A DNA stretch of 32,000 nucleotides from Sulfolobus acidocaldarius DSM 639 (GCF_000012285.1 NC_007181.1:240001-272000), one strand, 5' to 3'. Counted from the first letter of the stretch, positions 1-8,680 are shown. Made by a program: numbers and translations. The notes: generated by a model from the letters alone, not told the origin.

Positions 1-1
1 T

Positions 2-311
<310 letters not shown>

Positions 312-322
<11 letters not shown>

Positions 323-680
323 TAACGTGATGAGCTACACACTTAGAGTTGGTGTAATAATAAGCATTGCGTTGATAATTCTTGGATTCATATTATTAGC
401 CCAAGATCCCACAGCTCTTCAACGTCTAGCATCAAGGCATTCAACATTTAACACATCAAGAGTGAGTCCTATACAGGTTTTGCAAGGTTTAAATCGTTTC
501 GATGGCGTAGACTATATTCTATTTGGTCTAATAATATTAATAGCAACTCCGGTCATTAGAGTTATTTTAGGGCTAGCTGGATTCATAGCAGAAAGGAATA
601 AGCTCTACATAGTGATTACTTTTATAGTATTGTTAGATTTGCTTATTGCAATCTTCATAATCCCCTTAGTGTACAAATAA
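312..680 (+). CDS. DUF1634-like small membrane protein
   Basis: The ORF is open from GTG 303. I prefer ATG 312 because GAGGTG (300-305) lies 6 nt upstream as a Shine-Dalgarno match. It overlaps the TauE stop by 11 nt. There are three predicted TM segments, and SYTLRVGVIISIALIILG is DUF1634-like. Confidence 0.7.
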
Positions 681-683
681 ATA

Positions 684-1187
684 ATGGTATTAGAGATTTG
701 TACTGATGGAAAAAGAATAGGAGTTAAATTAGAATCAGAAGTAATTAGTGTAGAGAGTAACAAGCCCATAAAACTGAAGGAAGTATATTGTTTAAAATTT
801 GAGAACTTAAGATATGATGGGGACAAGCTTAGATACAAAGATATTGTTATTCCTTTACCAAATTTGCCTGGCGATTTGAAATTACTAAAAGTAATTTATT
901 TGGTATCAGGTGAGGCTTCAAACGAGCTTTGGTACTGCTGTTCCTGTGAAATTCACGTGGATACAAAAATAAAAGATATAAAGTTAGATGAGGGTTTATC
1001 TCCTATTTATTCTAGGTTCTGTGGGAATTATGGTTTAATTACTCCAAAACACTGTATTGCCAATGAGACTTTTGCTATTTTCGGTAATGATCATAGAGGA
1101 GTTATCTTAGCTTATCAGGAGTTTATATCGTTTATTAAGGAAATCGGAAAAATTTTATTAAAACTAAAAGTATATTCGCATCTGTGA
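684..1187 (+). CDS. hypothetical soluble protein, 167 aa, Cys-containing (WYCCSCEIH)
   Basis: The ORF starts 3 nt after the DUF1634 stop. Its stop overlaps the next gene start (GTGA). I recognise no family. Confidence 0.55.
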   Translation: MVLEICTDGKRIGVKLESEVISVESNKPIKLKEVYCLKFENLRYDGDKLRYKDIVIPLPNLPGDLKLLKVIYLVSGEASNELWYCCSCEIHVDTKIKDIKLDEGLSPIYSRFCGNYGLITPKHCIANETFAIFGNDHRGVILAYQEFISFIKEIGKILLKLKVYSHL

Positions 1188-1621
1188 ATAATCAAATAGT
1201 TAGTTACTACTCATACGTTCTCATATTTTCATCCATTCTAATAATAATAGGATTGGTATTTGGTGGCTTTACACCAATAAATGAACAAGTGGCAACACCC
1301 AGTTATGATCTAGCATTACCTGTGAGCTTAAGCTTTTCAGCCTTCATACTTCTAATTATTTTCATTTTCTCCTCCATTATCTTGTGGGGCTCCAAGAGTT
1401 TAGCCTCGAACTTAATTATAGATTCCTCTGCACTTTCCTTTTCAATCCTTAACTACGTCAATTTTTATGTCATATATGAGATATGGAGACCTGAAATCAT
1501 TCCATTACCATTATTTTTTTACATACACTACAGCAACATAAACGAGCTTACGGTGGATTTCGGACAAATAGCCTTAATCATATTCTTCTATAGGCTCTAT
1601 AAGAGAAATAAAAGTGTTTAG
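1184..1621 (+). CDS. hypothetical integral membrane protein, 145 aa
   Basis: GTG start overlaps the upstream stop (cTGTGAa). About 4 hydrophobic segments. It is the last gene of a 4-gene same-strand cluster. Confidence 0.55.
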   Translation: MNNQIVSYYSYVLIFSSILIIIGLVFGGFTPINEQVATPSYDLALPVSLSFSAFILLIIFIFSSIILWGSKSLASNLIIDSSALSFSILNYVNFYVIYEIWRPEIIPLPLFFYIHYSNINELTVDFGQIALIIFFYRLYKRNKSV

Positions 1622-1642
1622 AAATCAGTTTAGAAATCAGTT
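1619..1642. repeat. perfect tandem duplication 2 x 12 bp (tagaaatcagtt), followed by an A/T hairpin at 1643-1660
   Basis: Read directly: tagaaatcagtt tagaaatcagtt begins at the stop codon of the 1184-1621 ORF. aagaaaa-atta-ttttctt follows (1643-1660) between convergent genes. Confidence 0.6.
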
Positions 1643-1650
1643 AAGAAAAA

Positions 1651-2223
1651 TTATTTTCTTGATCTAAATAGGGCAATTATGAGTATAGCTATAATGATTA
1701 TGACACCAGCGCCTACTAAATAATATGCTGCTTGCTCTAGTTTTGTTATCAGAAATCCGATTTGATAATAATATATATACCCTAGAATTGCTAAAGTTGA
1801 ATCCCATATTAAATGTCCTAAGAAGGTTAGAATCAAAAAGTTAAAAATGTTCATGGCTGCTAGACCAGCTGGGAAAGATATTAAGGCTCTAATTTCAGGT
1901 ACAAACCTAAAACCAAAGACCGCATAATTACCATATTTTTTAAACCAACCATTTAATCTATCTAGTCTTTTACTGGTCAGCCGGAAGAGCTTACCATATC
2001 TTTTAAGAAAAGGTAACCCTAATTTAAATGCAATATAGTAGTCTATTATTGATCCTACTAGACTTCCCAGAGTTCCCACTATTATACCAAGAAATAGATC
2101 CATGTTTCCTGTTCTAGAGTAGTATCCTGTATATGGCATTATCACCTCACTGGGTATGGGAAATCCTATACCCTCTAATATCATCAACGAGAAAATTATC
2201 AGATAGTTTGTACTTACATTCAT
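1651..2223 (-). CDS. DedA/SNARE-associated family membrane protein
   Basis: GFPIPSEVIMPYTGY..., the amphipathic loop KRYGKLFRL...LDRLNGWFKKYG and FRFVPEIRALISFPAGLAAM are the characteristic DedA core. Confidence 0.8.
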   Translation of the reverse strand: MNVSTNYLIIFSLMILEGIGFPIPSEVIMPYTGYYSRTGNMDLFLGIIVGTLGSLVGSIIDYYIAFKLGLPFLKRYGKLFRLTSKRLDRLNGWFKKYGNYAVFGFRFVPEIRALISFPAGLAAMNIFNFLILTFLGHLIWDSTLAILGYIYYYQIGFLITKLEQAAYYLVGAGVIIIIAILIIALFRSRK

Positions 2224-2409
2224 TAACCTCAGTACATAAATTGGCTTTAAATATTTTTTGAGAAATAGAATTATTATAGATGTTAATAATGTTATGAAAG
2301 AGTACTTGCGGAGAAACTCTATATATCTGTAGTTACTACGAAGAGGCTTAAACCTTGAATCTGATATCAGCAGTTTAAGAATGACAGAGTCCCTGAGGTA
2401 TAAGATATC

Positions 2410-2919
2410 TTATAACTGGAGGGATTTTTGAGCAATGCTAAGTGCAGTTTCTTCCTGTGCCTCAATAATTTTATAGTAAAGCCTAAACGCATTAAGGATT
2501 AACTTTAACCCACTTTTTATGTTGGTTTCATTTACTCTAATGGATACACAGCAGTCCTTAATTCTTAACTCAAAATTATCTCTTGCTACGTTATTTATTA
2601 GATCCATCCCTGGAAATGGTTGAAGGCATAATTCATAGGAGGTCTCTACGTAACTCTCAGCTATTTGAAGTGGTAATATGTTCCGAAAATTTCCAGGCTT
2701 CCATAGTACCTCATGAAAACTCCCTATGTCAAGTTCTTCCAACTCTTTAAGCCTATCCTTAGGAAAAGTGCTCTCTACTACAACGGCGTATCTCCCAAAC
2801 TCCTTAGCAAGATAACCTCCCTCCAACTCCATCCATCCTTGTAATATCCTTTGAACTTTAAACTTGGCTATAGAGTTTCGAAATTCATAAACGTTGATGT
2901 ATATTTCTAGGCGGGTCAA
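2410..2919 (-). CDS. hypothetical protein, 169 aa
   Basis: Long ORF with coding-like composition. No family recognised. Confidence 0.5.
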   Translation of the reverse strand: MTRLEIYINVYEFRNSIAKFKVQRILQGWMELEGGYLAKEFGRYAVVVESTFPKDRLKELEELDIGSFHEVLWKPGNFRNILPLQIAESYVETSYELCLQPFPGMDLINNVARDNFELRIKDCCVSIRVNETNIKSGLKLILNAFRLYYKIIEAQEETALSIAQKSLQL

Positions 2920-3004
2920 TACGTCTTCCCAGTTTTAAATACTTTGATCTAGTCTAAATTTATTGGTATCTCCTTAACTTAAGCACGATCCATCAGTTGG
3001 GCAA

Positions 3005-3014
3005 TTAATAAATA
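3005..3014 (+). promoter_or_regulatory. TATA-like box for the leaderless CBS gene
   Basis: ttaataaata is centred about 26 bp upstream of GTG 3036, the expected archaeal TATA-to-TSS spacing for a leaderless mRNA. Confidence 0.4.
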
Positions 3015-3035
3015 CTTACAATAGTTATATTAGTT

Positions 3036-3431
3036 GTGCTCGTGTCCCAATTAGTTTCGAGAAAACCAGTCACCGTTGACCTCAAGACTAGTATAAAGGA
3101 TGCCACAAAGGTAATGAGGAGGGAAGGGGTTGGTTCCTTAGTTATTGTAGACAATGATTTTCGACCAGTAGGGATCGTCACTGAAAGGGATATAGTTTAT
3201 GCTATAGCTCAAGATATTCCTATAGACACTCCAATAAGCGAAATAATGAGCAGAGATCCGGTTTCAATTAATGGGGGCTCAGATGTAAGTGAGGCAGTTG
3301 CACTGATGACATCTAGGGGAATCAGACACTTGGTGGTTATTAATAACGAGGGCAGGACAATAGGAGTAATTTCAGTAAGAGATGTGGTGAAAGCAGTTGG
3401 AGCTATAGCACTAGACTTAGCGTTTTGGTAA
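3036..3431 (+). CDS. CBS domain pair protein
   Basis: Two CBS repeats are visible (VMRREGVGSLVIVDNDFRPVGIVTERDIV and LMTSRGIRHLVVINNEGRTIGVISVRDVV). 131 aa. Confidence 0.85.
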   Translation: MLVSQLVSRKPVTVDLKTSIKDATKVMRREGVGSLVIVDNDFRPVGIVTERDIVYAIAQDIPIDTPISEIMSRDPVSINGGSDVSEAVALMTSRGIRHLVVINNEGRTIGVISVRDVVKAVGAIALDLAFW

Positions 3432-3670
3432 AAAATGTCTGATTTTCACTCTTATCAAGTAGTTATTACCCACTCCTAAACTATTGATCTCACCTAAAAC
3501 TACGTCCTCTAAATTATCCATGTATTTGTAATAAGGTAATTGAAGATTGGAAAAAGTTAGTTAAGGGCTGTTTCTATTAAGTGTTCATAAACTCACGTTT
3601 TTACTTTGTTTACCTTTTCTTTGAGGATTGAAACACTGCGTCAGTGATTATTTTGCTAAATGAGGAAAGT

Positions 3671-3690
3671 CTCCCCTTCAGGGCGGGGAG
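3671..3690. other. GC-rich hairpin (ctcccc-ttcagggc-ggggag) inside a 345-bp convergent intergenic region
   Basis: Perfect 6-bp G/C-rich stem read directly. It is the only GC-rich structure I saw in any intergenic region of this AT-rich window. Function unknown. Confidence 0.3.
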
Positions 3691-3776
3691 GAACTCAGAA
3701 TGTTTATATGTCAACGTTAAAATCAAATTCAATAAATTCATACTATGTTCCGTGTTATTTCAACTTTGACTTTTTC

Positions 3777-4823
3777 CTATTTTTCATTTAAGATCAACTT
3801 GTACATAGGGTCGATAATCCTGTAACCATTAACATCCTTCTTAACTAATCTAGCATTTACCAACTGCTTTAGAGCATGATTAAATACCCAATCCTTAAAC
3901 TCCCTCTTCGTCAAACCCTCTGTTAGGTTCTTGAGTTCCTTCCATGAAACCTCTTCTACTAGACATAGGGATCTAAGTATTGCCCTCTGGGTGTCGCTTA
4001 GTCGTCCTAGCTCCTCCTTTATTACCCCTTCAGCTACCTTTTTCACCATATCTTTAGCCTTGTTATGACTATAACCAAGGTTTCTAAAGCTACCATAGTA
4101 CGTTAACCACCCCTGTATTCCCCTATATGTCGTTACGCTTTCTTCAATTTCATCTTCGCTCAGTTTTATACCACATCTCTCCGAGCCAATTTTAAGAAAC
4201 CTTCTACCTAATTCTTCTGAGAAAGGATAGATTTCAATTGATAGTATAGGTTTACCTTTGAGTACACTACTAACTTTTCCTTTTCCCTCGCCTGACAGTG
4301 CCTTTGAGAGCCCTATCATTGAACCTGTGAACACAAATCTAATTTCGGATTCGTTGTAGACATTCGATAGGAGTGTCAAAAACCACGGCGAGACTACGTT
4401 TTGAACTTCATCTACTAAAATAATTTTATGATCAAGTTTTTTTAGAAGTGACCTCACTCCCTTTAGGGGAGTTTTCTGTATCTCTATCCTCAGTACTTTC
4501 AAATCCAACGAGAGCCTCAAGGATACGCTAGATTCTATCAGTTCTTCACCGAACTGTTTTATGGATCTAATATTTGTAGCATCAACATATATTCCGTTTA
4601 GTTCGTTTGCCACTATCTTAAGTATTGATGTCTTTCCAGTCCTCTTTGGACCTATAAGTAGAGGCCAAAATTTTCCTTGAACGAGTTTCTCGACTTCATT
4701 TAGAATTTCTTCAGAGTCAAAGAAGTCTTCCCTGGTGGATTTCGGGTAAGGATCAAAAATTTTGCAGATAGCCATATTAGTTACTAATATAGCTTTATCC
4801 ATATTTATTTTATCCCGTCTCAT
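3777..4823 (-). CDS. archaeal ATPase family protein (AAA-type P-loop NTPase with C-terminal winged-helix/DUF234-like region)
   Basis: Walker A GPKRTGKTS and Walker B-like KIILVDEVQ. The C-terminal LSDTQRAILRSL...LVNARLVKK is wHTH-like. Coordinates give the longest ORF. An alternative start at ATG 4775 (MAICKIFDPYP...) is plausible. Confidence 0.8.
   Translation of the reverse strand: MRRDKINMDKAILVTNMAICKIFDPYPKSTREDFFDSEEILNEVEKLVQGKFWPLLIGPKRTGKTSILKIVANELNGIYVDATNIRSIKQFGEELIESSVSLRLSLDLKVLRIEIQKTPLKGVRSLLKKLDHKIILVDEVQNVVSPWFLTLLSNVYNESEIRFVFTGSMIGLSKALSGEGKGKVSSVLKGKPILSIEIYPFSEELGRRFLKIGSERCGIKLSEDEIEESVTTYRGIQGWLTYYGSFRNLGYSHNKAKDMVKKVAEGVIKEELGRLSDTQRAILRSLCLVEEVSWKELKNLTEGLTKREFKDWVFNHALKQLVNARLVKKDVNGYRIIDPMYKLILNEK
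4774..4796. promoter_or_regulatory. proximal copy of a 22-bp repeat containing a 17-bp perfect palindrome (atattagt-t-actaatat)
   Basis: tattagttactaatatagcttt at 4775-4796 is identical to 4875-4896. The palindrome at 4774-4790 abuts or overlaps the alternative ATG (4775-4773, minus strand) of the ATPase gene. Confidence 0.5.
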
Positions 4824-4874
4824 GAGAACTATTTCTCCCTTATAATTTCCTGTTTTTATAGATTATAGAAACCC

Positions 4875-4896
4875 TATTAGTTACTAATATAGCTTT
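4875..4896. promoter_or_regulatory. distal copy of the 22-bp repeat (15-bp palindrome tattagt-t-actaata)
   Basis: Perfect 22/22 identity with 4775-4796, offset by exactly 100 bp. It lies upstream of the ATPase ORF in the 425-bp divergent intergenic region. Confidence 0.5.
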
Positions 4897-5248
4897 TACG
4901 GAGGGCTATCAACTTATGTGTTTTAGCTTAAGAGTTGTGATTCAAGTTCAGGAAATGTAAGCTAACATGAGTTTTGTTTCAATGTTTATTATTTTGTAAT
5001 TTTCCTGCTTTTATGTATTAAATAAAGATTTATTTTTAACTCTTATCTCTAGGTGAAACTGACTTTTTTTAAATATATATGCATGAGTTTTCATTAGAAA
5101 TATAGATAAGACTTCTTTTAGTTAAAATTTTTTTATATTTATAATTTAGAGCATTATTCATGGTATTAGATATATCTGTAACAATATTACTTAACTAATT
5201 TCTTATCGTATCAACAAAATATATTAGTTCCTAGGATAAATATAACGT

Positions 5249-5980
5249 GTGAACGTAGTAGCCCTTTTTAAGATAGTCCCAGATGATACTTTAATAAAAA
5301 TAACAGGAAGCACTCTAGATCTAAATGTACCAGCAAAAATAAGCACATACGACAAGAGCGCAATTGAAGAGGCTATAAGAATAAAAGAAAAACATGGTGG
5401 AAAGGCAATAGGTATAACAGCAGGTAATACAGATAGAAAGGCTATTAGAGAAGCCTTAGCAATGGGTCTAGACGAGGTTATAGCTATAGATATGAAAGAA
5501 CAAGATATTTACAGTACAGCAAATATGATAGCAGATCAATTAAAACAACTCAATCCTGATCTTGTGATAGGTTCAGAGGCTACAACAGATAGTAGCGGTG
5601 GTATATTTCCTGCATATCTAGCTGGTTTACTTGGACTGCCTTTAATAAGTTATGTTAAGTCCATAACGATAGAAGGAAAGAAAATAAGAGCTGAAAGAAA
5701 CTTAATCTCGTCTACTGAAATAGTTGAGGCAGAGTTACCACTTGTAATTTCAGTAGTAGGAGAGATAAACACGCCTAGAATACCTACAGTCAAGCAAATA
5801 CTTGAGTCCTCTAAAAAGCCTGTGAAGAGCGTAAATGCAAATGTAAAGCCATTGGTAAAGTTAGCGTCAGTATCTCCTTATGTAATCCAGAGGAAAAAGA
5901 TAATAATAGATGGCTCTAAGATGGAAGAAGCTGTCGATAAACTACTTTCATACTTGAGGCAAGAAGGGGTGATTTCATGA
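5249..5980 (+). CDS. etfB: electron transfer flavoprotein beta subunit (FixA-like), module 1
   Basis: The N-terminal VALFKIVPDD matches the ETF-beta beta-strand/VPD motif. AIEEAIRIKEKHGG...AIREALAMGLDEVI is typical. GTG start. The stop overlaps the etfA start (ATGA). Confidence 0.85.
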   Translation: MNVVALFKIVPDDTLIKITGSTLDLNVPAKISTYDKSAIEEAIRIKEKHGGKAIGITAGNTDRKAIREALAMGLDEVIAIDMKEQDIYSTANMIADQLKQLNPDLVIGSEATTDSSGGIFPAYLAGLLGLPLISYVKSITIEGKKIRAERNLISSTEIVEAELPLVISVVGEINTPRIPTVKQILESSKKPVKSVNANVKPLVKLASVSPYVIQRKKIIIDGSKMEEAVDKLLSYLRQEGVIS

Positions 5981-6822
5981 ACATAGTTGTCTATTCAGAA
6001 GATCCTGAATATATAAAGGTAGCATCAAGCTATTTTCCAAATGAAAAGATAGTAGCAGTCTCCACATCAGATACAAAGTATGCAGATGAATTGCATGTTG
6101 TAGATAAGATGGATGAGGAAGCCATAGCAAAATATCTCGCATCACTTAAGCCAGATTTACTTATAACGGGAAGCACAAAAAGGGATAAAGTAGTAGGAGC
6201 CTACGCTGCTGGTTTATTAAAATACCCAATTTTACCTGATGTAATTGAGATATCTGGCAACAAAGCTAAGAGAGTAGTCTATAGCGGAATGGGGATTGCT
6301 GAGCTTGAGTTCAATACCCCAATTGTGGTCTCCATATCCAAGAAGAACGTTGAAGCAAAAGAGAGACAAACACAGAAAAAGAACGTTAATTTAGAGGAGG
6401 GTAAGGTTAAGAAAATTGAGGTTAAGCAAAAAGGTGGAGAAGGAGTAGATCTATCGTCTGCTCAGATAATAGTCTCAGTTGGGAGAGGGATAGGCTCTAA
6501 GGAGAATATAAAGTTCGCTGACGAGTTGGCTAGAGCCATAGGAGGAGCTTTAGGTGGAAGCAGACCTATTACTGCTGATCTGGGTTGGTTACCAGAGGAT
6601 AGACAAATTGGTTTGTCTGGTCTAAAAGTAAAGCCAAAAGTATACTTCGCTCTAGGAATATCGGGTCAGCCACAGCACTTAGCTGGTATAAAGGATTCTA
6701 AGATAATTGTAGCAGTAAATACAGACAAGAATGCACCTATAGTCGAAAACGCTGATTACATAGTTGTGGGGGACGTAATAAAATTCTGTCAAGAAATGGT
6801 GAAAAAAGTGGGTAAGAAATGA
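5977..6822 (+). CDS. etfA: electron transfer flavoprotein alpha subunit (FixB-like), module 1
   Basis: The C-terminal FAD-binding signature PKVYFALGISGQPQHLAGIKDSKIIVAVNTDKNAPI matches the ETF-alpha pattern. At 281 aa the N-terminal domain is shorter than usual. Confidence 0.85.
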   Translation: MNIVVYSEDPEYIKVASSYFPNEKIVAVSTSDTKYADELHVVDKMDEEAIAKYLASLKPDLLITGSTKRDKVVGAYAAGLLKYPILPDVIEISGNKAKRVVYSGMGIAELEFNTPIVVSISKKNVEAKERQTQKKNVNLEEGKVKKIEVKQKGGEGVDLSSAQIIVSVGRGIGSKENIKFADELARAIGGALGGSRPITADLGWLPEDRQIGLSGLKVKPKVYFALGISGQPQHLAGIKDSKIIVAVNTDKNAPIVENADYIVVGDVIKFCQEMVKKVGKK

Positions 6823-8042
6823 GTTTTGATGCTGATGTAATTGTAGTTGGTGGAGGCTTAGGCGGACTATCTGCTGCAATAACAGCAGCCAAAGAAGGGT
6901 TGAGTGTCATTGTATTAGAGAGGGGAGACTATAGTGGTGCAAAAAATGTATCAGGAGGAAGAATGTACATACATGCCCTACAGAAACTTATACCAGATGC
7001 GTTAGAGAGAGCCCCCCTAGAGAGACCTATAACTAAGGAAACATTTGAATTTTATTGCAGTAATGACAGGAAACTGTCTTTTTCTTTTGAGGAAAAAGGA
7101 AAGAAGAATAGTTACTCTATATTAAGAGCAAAATTTGATAGATGGCTTGCAAGTGAGGCAGAAAATCTGGGCGTATTGATTTCATATTCAACGTTAGTCA
7201 CAAATGCTCAAAGAGAAACTGGAGGGATTAATCTAGAGACCAACAGAGGAAACCTGAGAGCACCGTTGGTGATTGACGCATCAGGTGTTACGTCTGTCGT
7301 GTTCAGGTATCTAGGTTTAAGAAAGTTTACCCCTGATAAGTGGATGTTAGGAGCAAAAGAGATAATAAAGACTGACGTAAATCTACCTGAAGATGAAGGT
7401 GAAGTTAGAACAATAGTTGCTGCCGTGAAGGGCGTCAAAGGGGGAGGTTTTGTTTACACTAACAAAGATACTTTGTCAGTGGGTATGGCTGTAACTTTTG
7501 ATTCCCTACCTAAATCTGAAGTACCTGCAAAAGATTTAGTTGAAGCATTTAGGGAGAAGTTGGGTATAGAGGGAGAAATTCTTGAGTATTCTGCACATGC
7601 GATTCCATATTTCGGATACAGAAATCTTCCTCCACTCTATGATAACAACCTAATAGCTGTAGGGGATTCAGCTGGTTTTCTAATAAATGATGGATTTACC
7701 ATAAGAGGTATGGATCTAGCTATAGGCTCAGGTATGATAGCTGGACTAGCTGCAAAGAAACTAAAAGAGATTAATGACTACACAAAGACTGACGTCTATT
7801 ACCAGATGCTTAAGGAGAGCTTCGTATTAAGGCACCTAGAGTTAGCATACAACAGGTTTTCAGTAATAAATGACCCTAGGACTTTAGTGTCATATCCAGA
7901 GGTTCTATGCAATGTATTAACGGACATGTTTACAGTAACAGAGGAGAGGAAACCATTAATGGAGGTAGCCCTTCAAAGGCTTAAGGAGAAGGATATTTCG
8001 TTAACCAAAGCATTAATGGACTTAATGAGGGCTAGTAAGTAA
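6819..8042 (+). CDS. fixC: FixC-like FAD-dependent oxidoreductase (ETF:quinone oxidoreductase-type), module 1
   Basis: Dinucleotide-binding motif DVIVVGGGLGGLSAA...VLERG, then NVSGG. ATGA overlap with etfA. Confidence 0.85.
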   Translation: MSFDADVIVVGGGLGGLSAAITAAKEGLSVIVLERGDYSGAKNVSGGRMYIHALQKLIPDALERAPLERPITKETFEFYCSNDRKLSFSFEEKGKKNSYSILRAKFDRWLASEAENLGVLISYSTLVTNAQRETGGINLETNRGNLRAPLVIDASGVTSVVFRYLGLRKFTPDKWMLGAKEIIKTDVNLPEDEGEVRTIVAAVKGVKGGGFVYTNKDTLSVGMAVTFDSLPKSEVPAKDLVEAFREKLGIEGEILEYSAHAIPYFGYRNLPPLYDNNLIAVGDSAGFLINDGFTIRGMDLAIGSGMIAGLAAKKLKEINDYTKTDVYYQMLKESFVLRHLELAYNRFSVINDPRTLVSYPEVLCNVLTDMFTVTEERKPLMEVALQRLKEKDISLTKALMDLMRASK

Positions 8043-8274
8043 CATTTCCTTTTTCTTAGGTTAGGAAGATTACAAATCATGTTTTTTATGTTCTTGGATT
8101 TCCTAAGTGAGAGATTACAATACTCTCGACATATAGAATTTGTAGGTTTTAAGTGAAATAAATATATGTTAAGACGGTGTTATGGGTAGCGTAATAGATT
8201 TCGTGGTATGTGAGAAAAAGTAATGCCGGTAATTAAAAAACTCCGTCATCTACAGAACTTCTTTCACAAGATCT

Positions 8275-8544
8275 TTATCCATACCTATACGAAATTCCTC
8301 CCTCAGGGAAGTTAAATGTTATAGCCCCGAATGGACAAATGACTATCGCTCCTCCACATTCCAAGCATCTCTCGTAATGAACAATTATCCTGCCATCTTC
8401 AGAAGGTTCGTATGTCCCTGCTGGACACGACGCAACACATGGTTTATCTTTGCAAGTTAAACATATGTCAGTATTAACTTGAATGTGAGATTTGTTATTT
8501 ACTGTATACGTATTCAGCCCCAATCTTTTAAGTAAAGGTATCAT
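8275..8544 (-). CDS. fixX: FixX-like ferredoxin, module 1, encoded on the opposite strand
   Basis: CLTCKDKPCVASCP and CLECGGAIVICP cysteine motifs with a C-terminal ISYRYG, paralogous to the 30799-31089 product (VAFRYG). Confidence 0.8.
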   Translation of the reverse strand: MIPLLKRLGLNTYTVNNKSHIQVNTDICLTCKDKPCVASCPAGTYEPSEDGRIIVHYERCLECGGAIVICPFGAITFNFPEGGISYRYG

Positions 8545-8680
8545 ACTTGATATTTAGTAAAATGCTAAATAAAAATATTTTTTGTAATGTCACTTACAAG
8601 CAATTTATTGTAGATATGTCTACTCTATTATTGATAAATAAACTAATCAAACTCTCTCAAAACCCTAACTAAATGACAGA

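Noticed and set aside
3608-3634. gtttaccttttctttgaggattgaaac resembles the GTTT...ATTGAAAC/G form of Sulfolobales CRISPR repeats.
   Set aside because: It is a single copy. I saw no second repeat at spacer distance, no leader and no cas genes in the window, so it cannot be called a CRISPR array.
3662-3671. gaggaaagtc matches the universally conserved CR-I/P4 motif (GAGGAAAGUCC) of RNase P RNA, raising the possibility of an RNase P RNA gene.
   Set aside because: In type A RNase P RNAs this motif lies near the 5' end of a roughly 300-nt RNA. Only about 105 nt of non-coding DNA remain downstream before the intact ATPase ORF. I could not find the partner CR-IV/CR-V (ACAGAA...GGCUUA-like) strand. 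A 10-nt match alone is insufficient.
3660-3791. A 43-codon ATG ORF (MRKVSPSGRGGTQNVYMSTLKSNSINSYYVPCYFNFDFFLFFI) in the convergent spacer.
   Set aside because: Low-complexity, non-protein-like sequence. It overlaps the ATPase 3' end and has no promoter or SD support.
3432-5248. The ATPase locus considered as an integrated mobile element or cassette bounded by direct repeats (shared 9-mers tgacttttt at about 3767 and about 5061, and aatgtttat at about 3699 and about 4980).
   Set aside because: 9-nt matches in AT-rich DNA are not significant. There is no integrase, transposase, tRNA target or terminal inverted repeat, so the evidence is insufficient to call a mobile element.
8044-8123. Imperfect direct repeat in the fixC/fixX spacer (atttcct...agattacaa at 8044-8075 and 8098-8120) and a cttagg/cctaag inverted pair.
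   Set aside because: Only 7-9 nt blocks match and the spacing between blocks differs. In AT-rich DNA this is within chance expectation. It is mentioned only as context for the fixX inversion.
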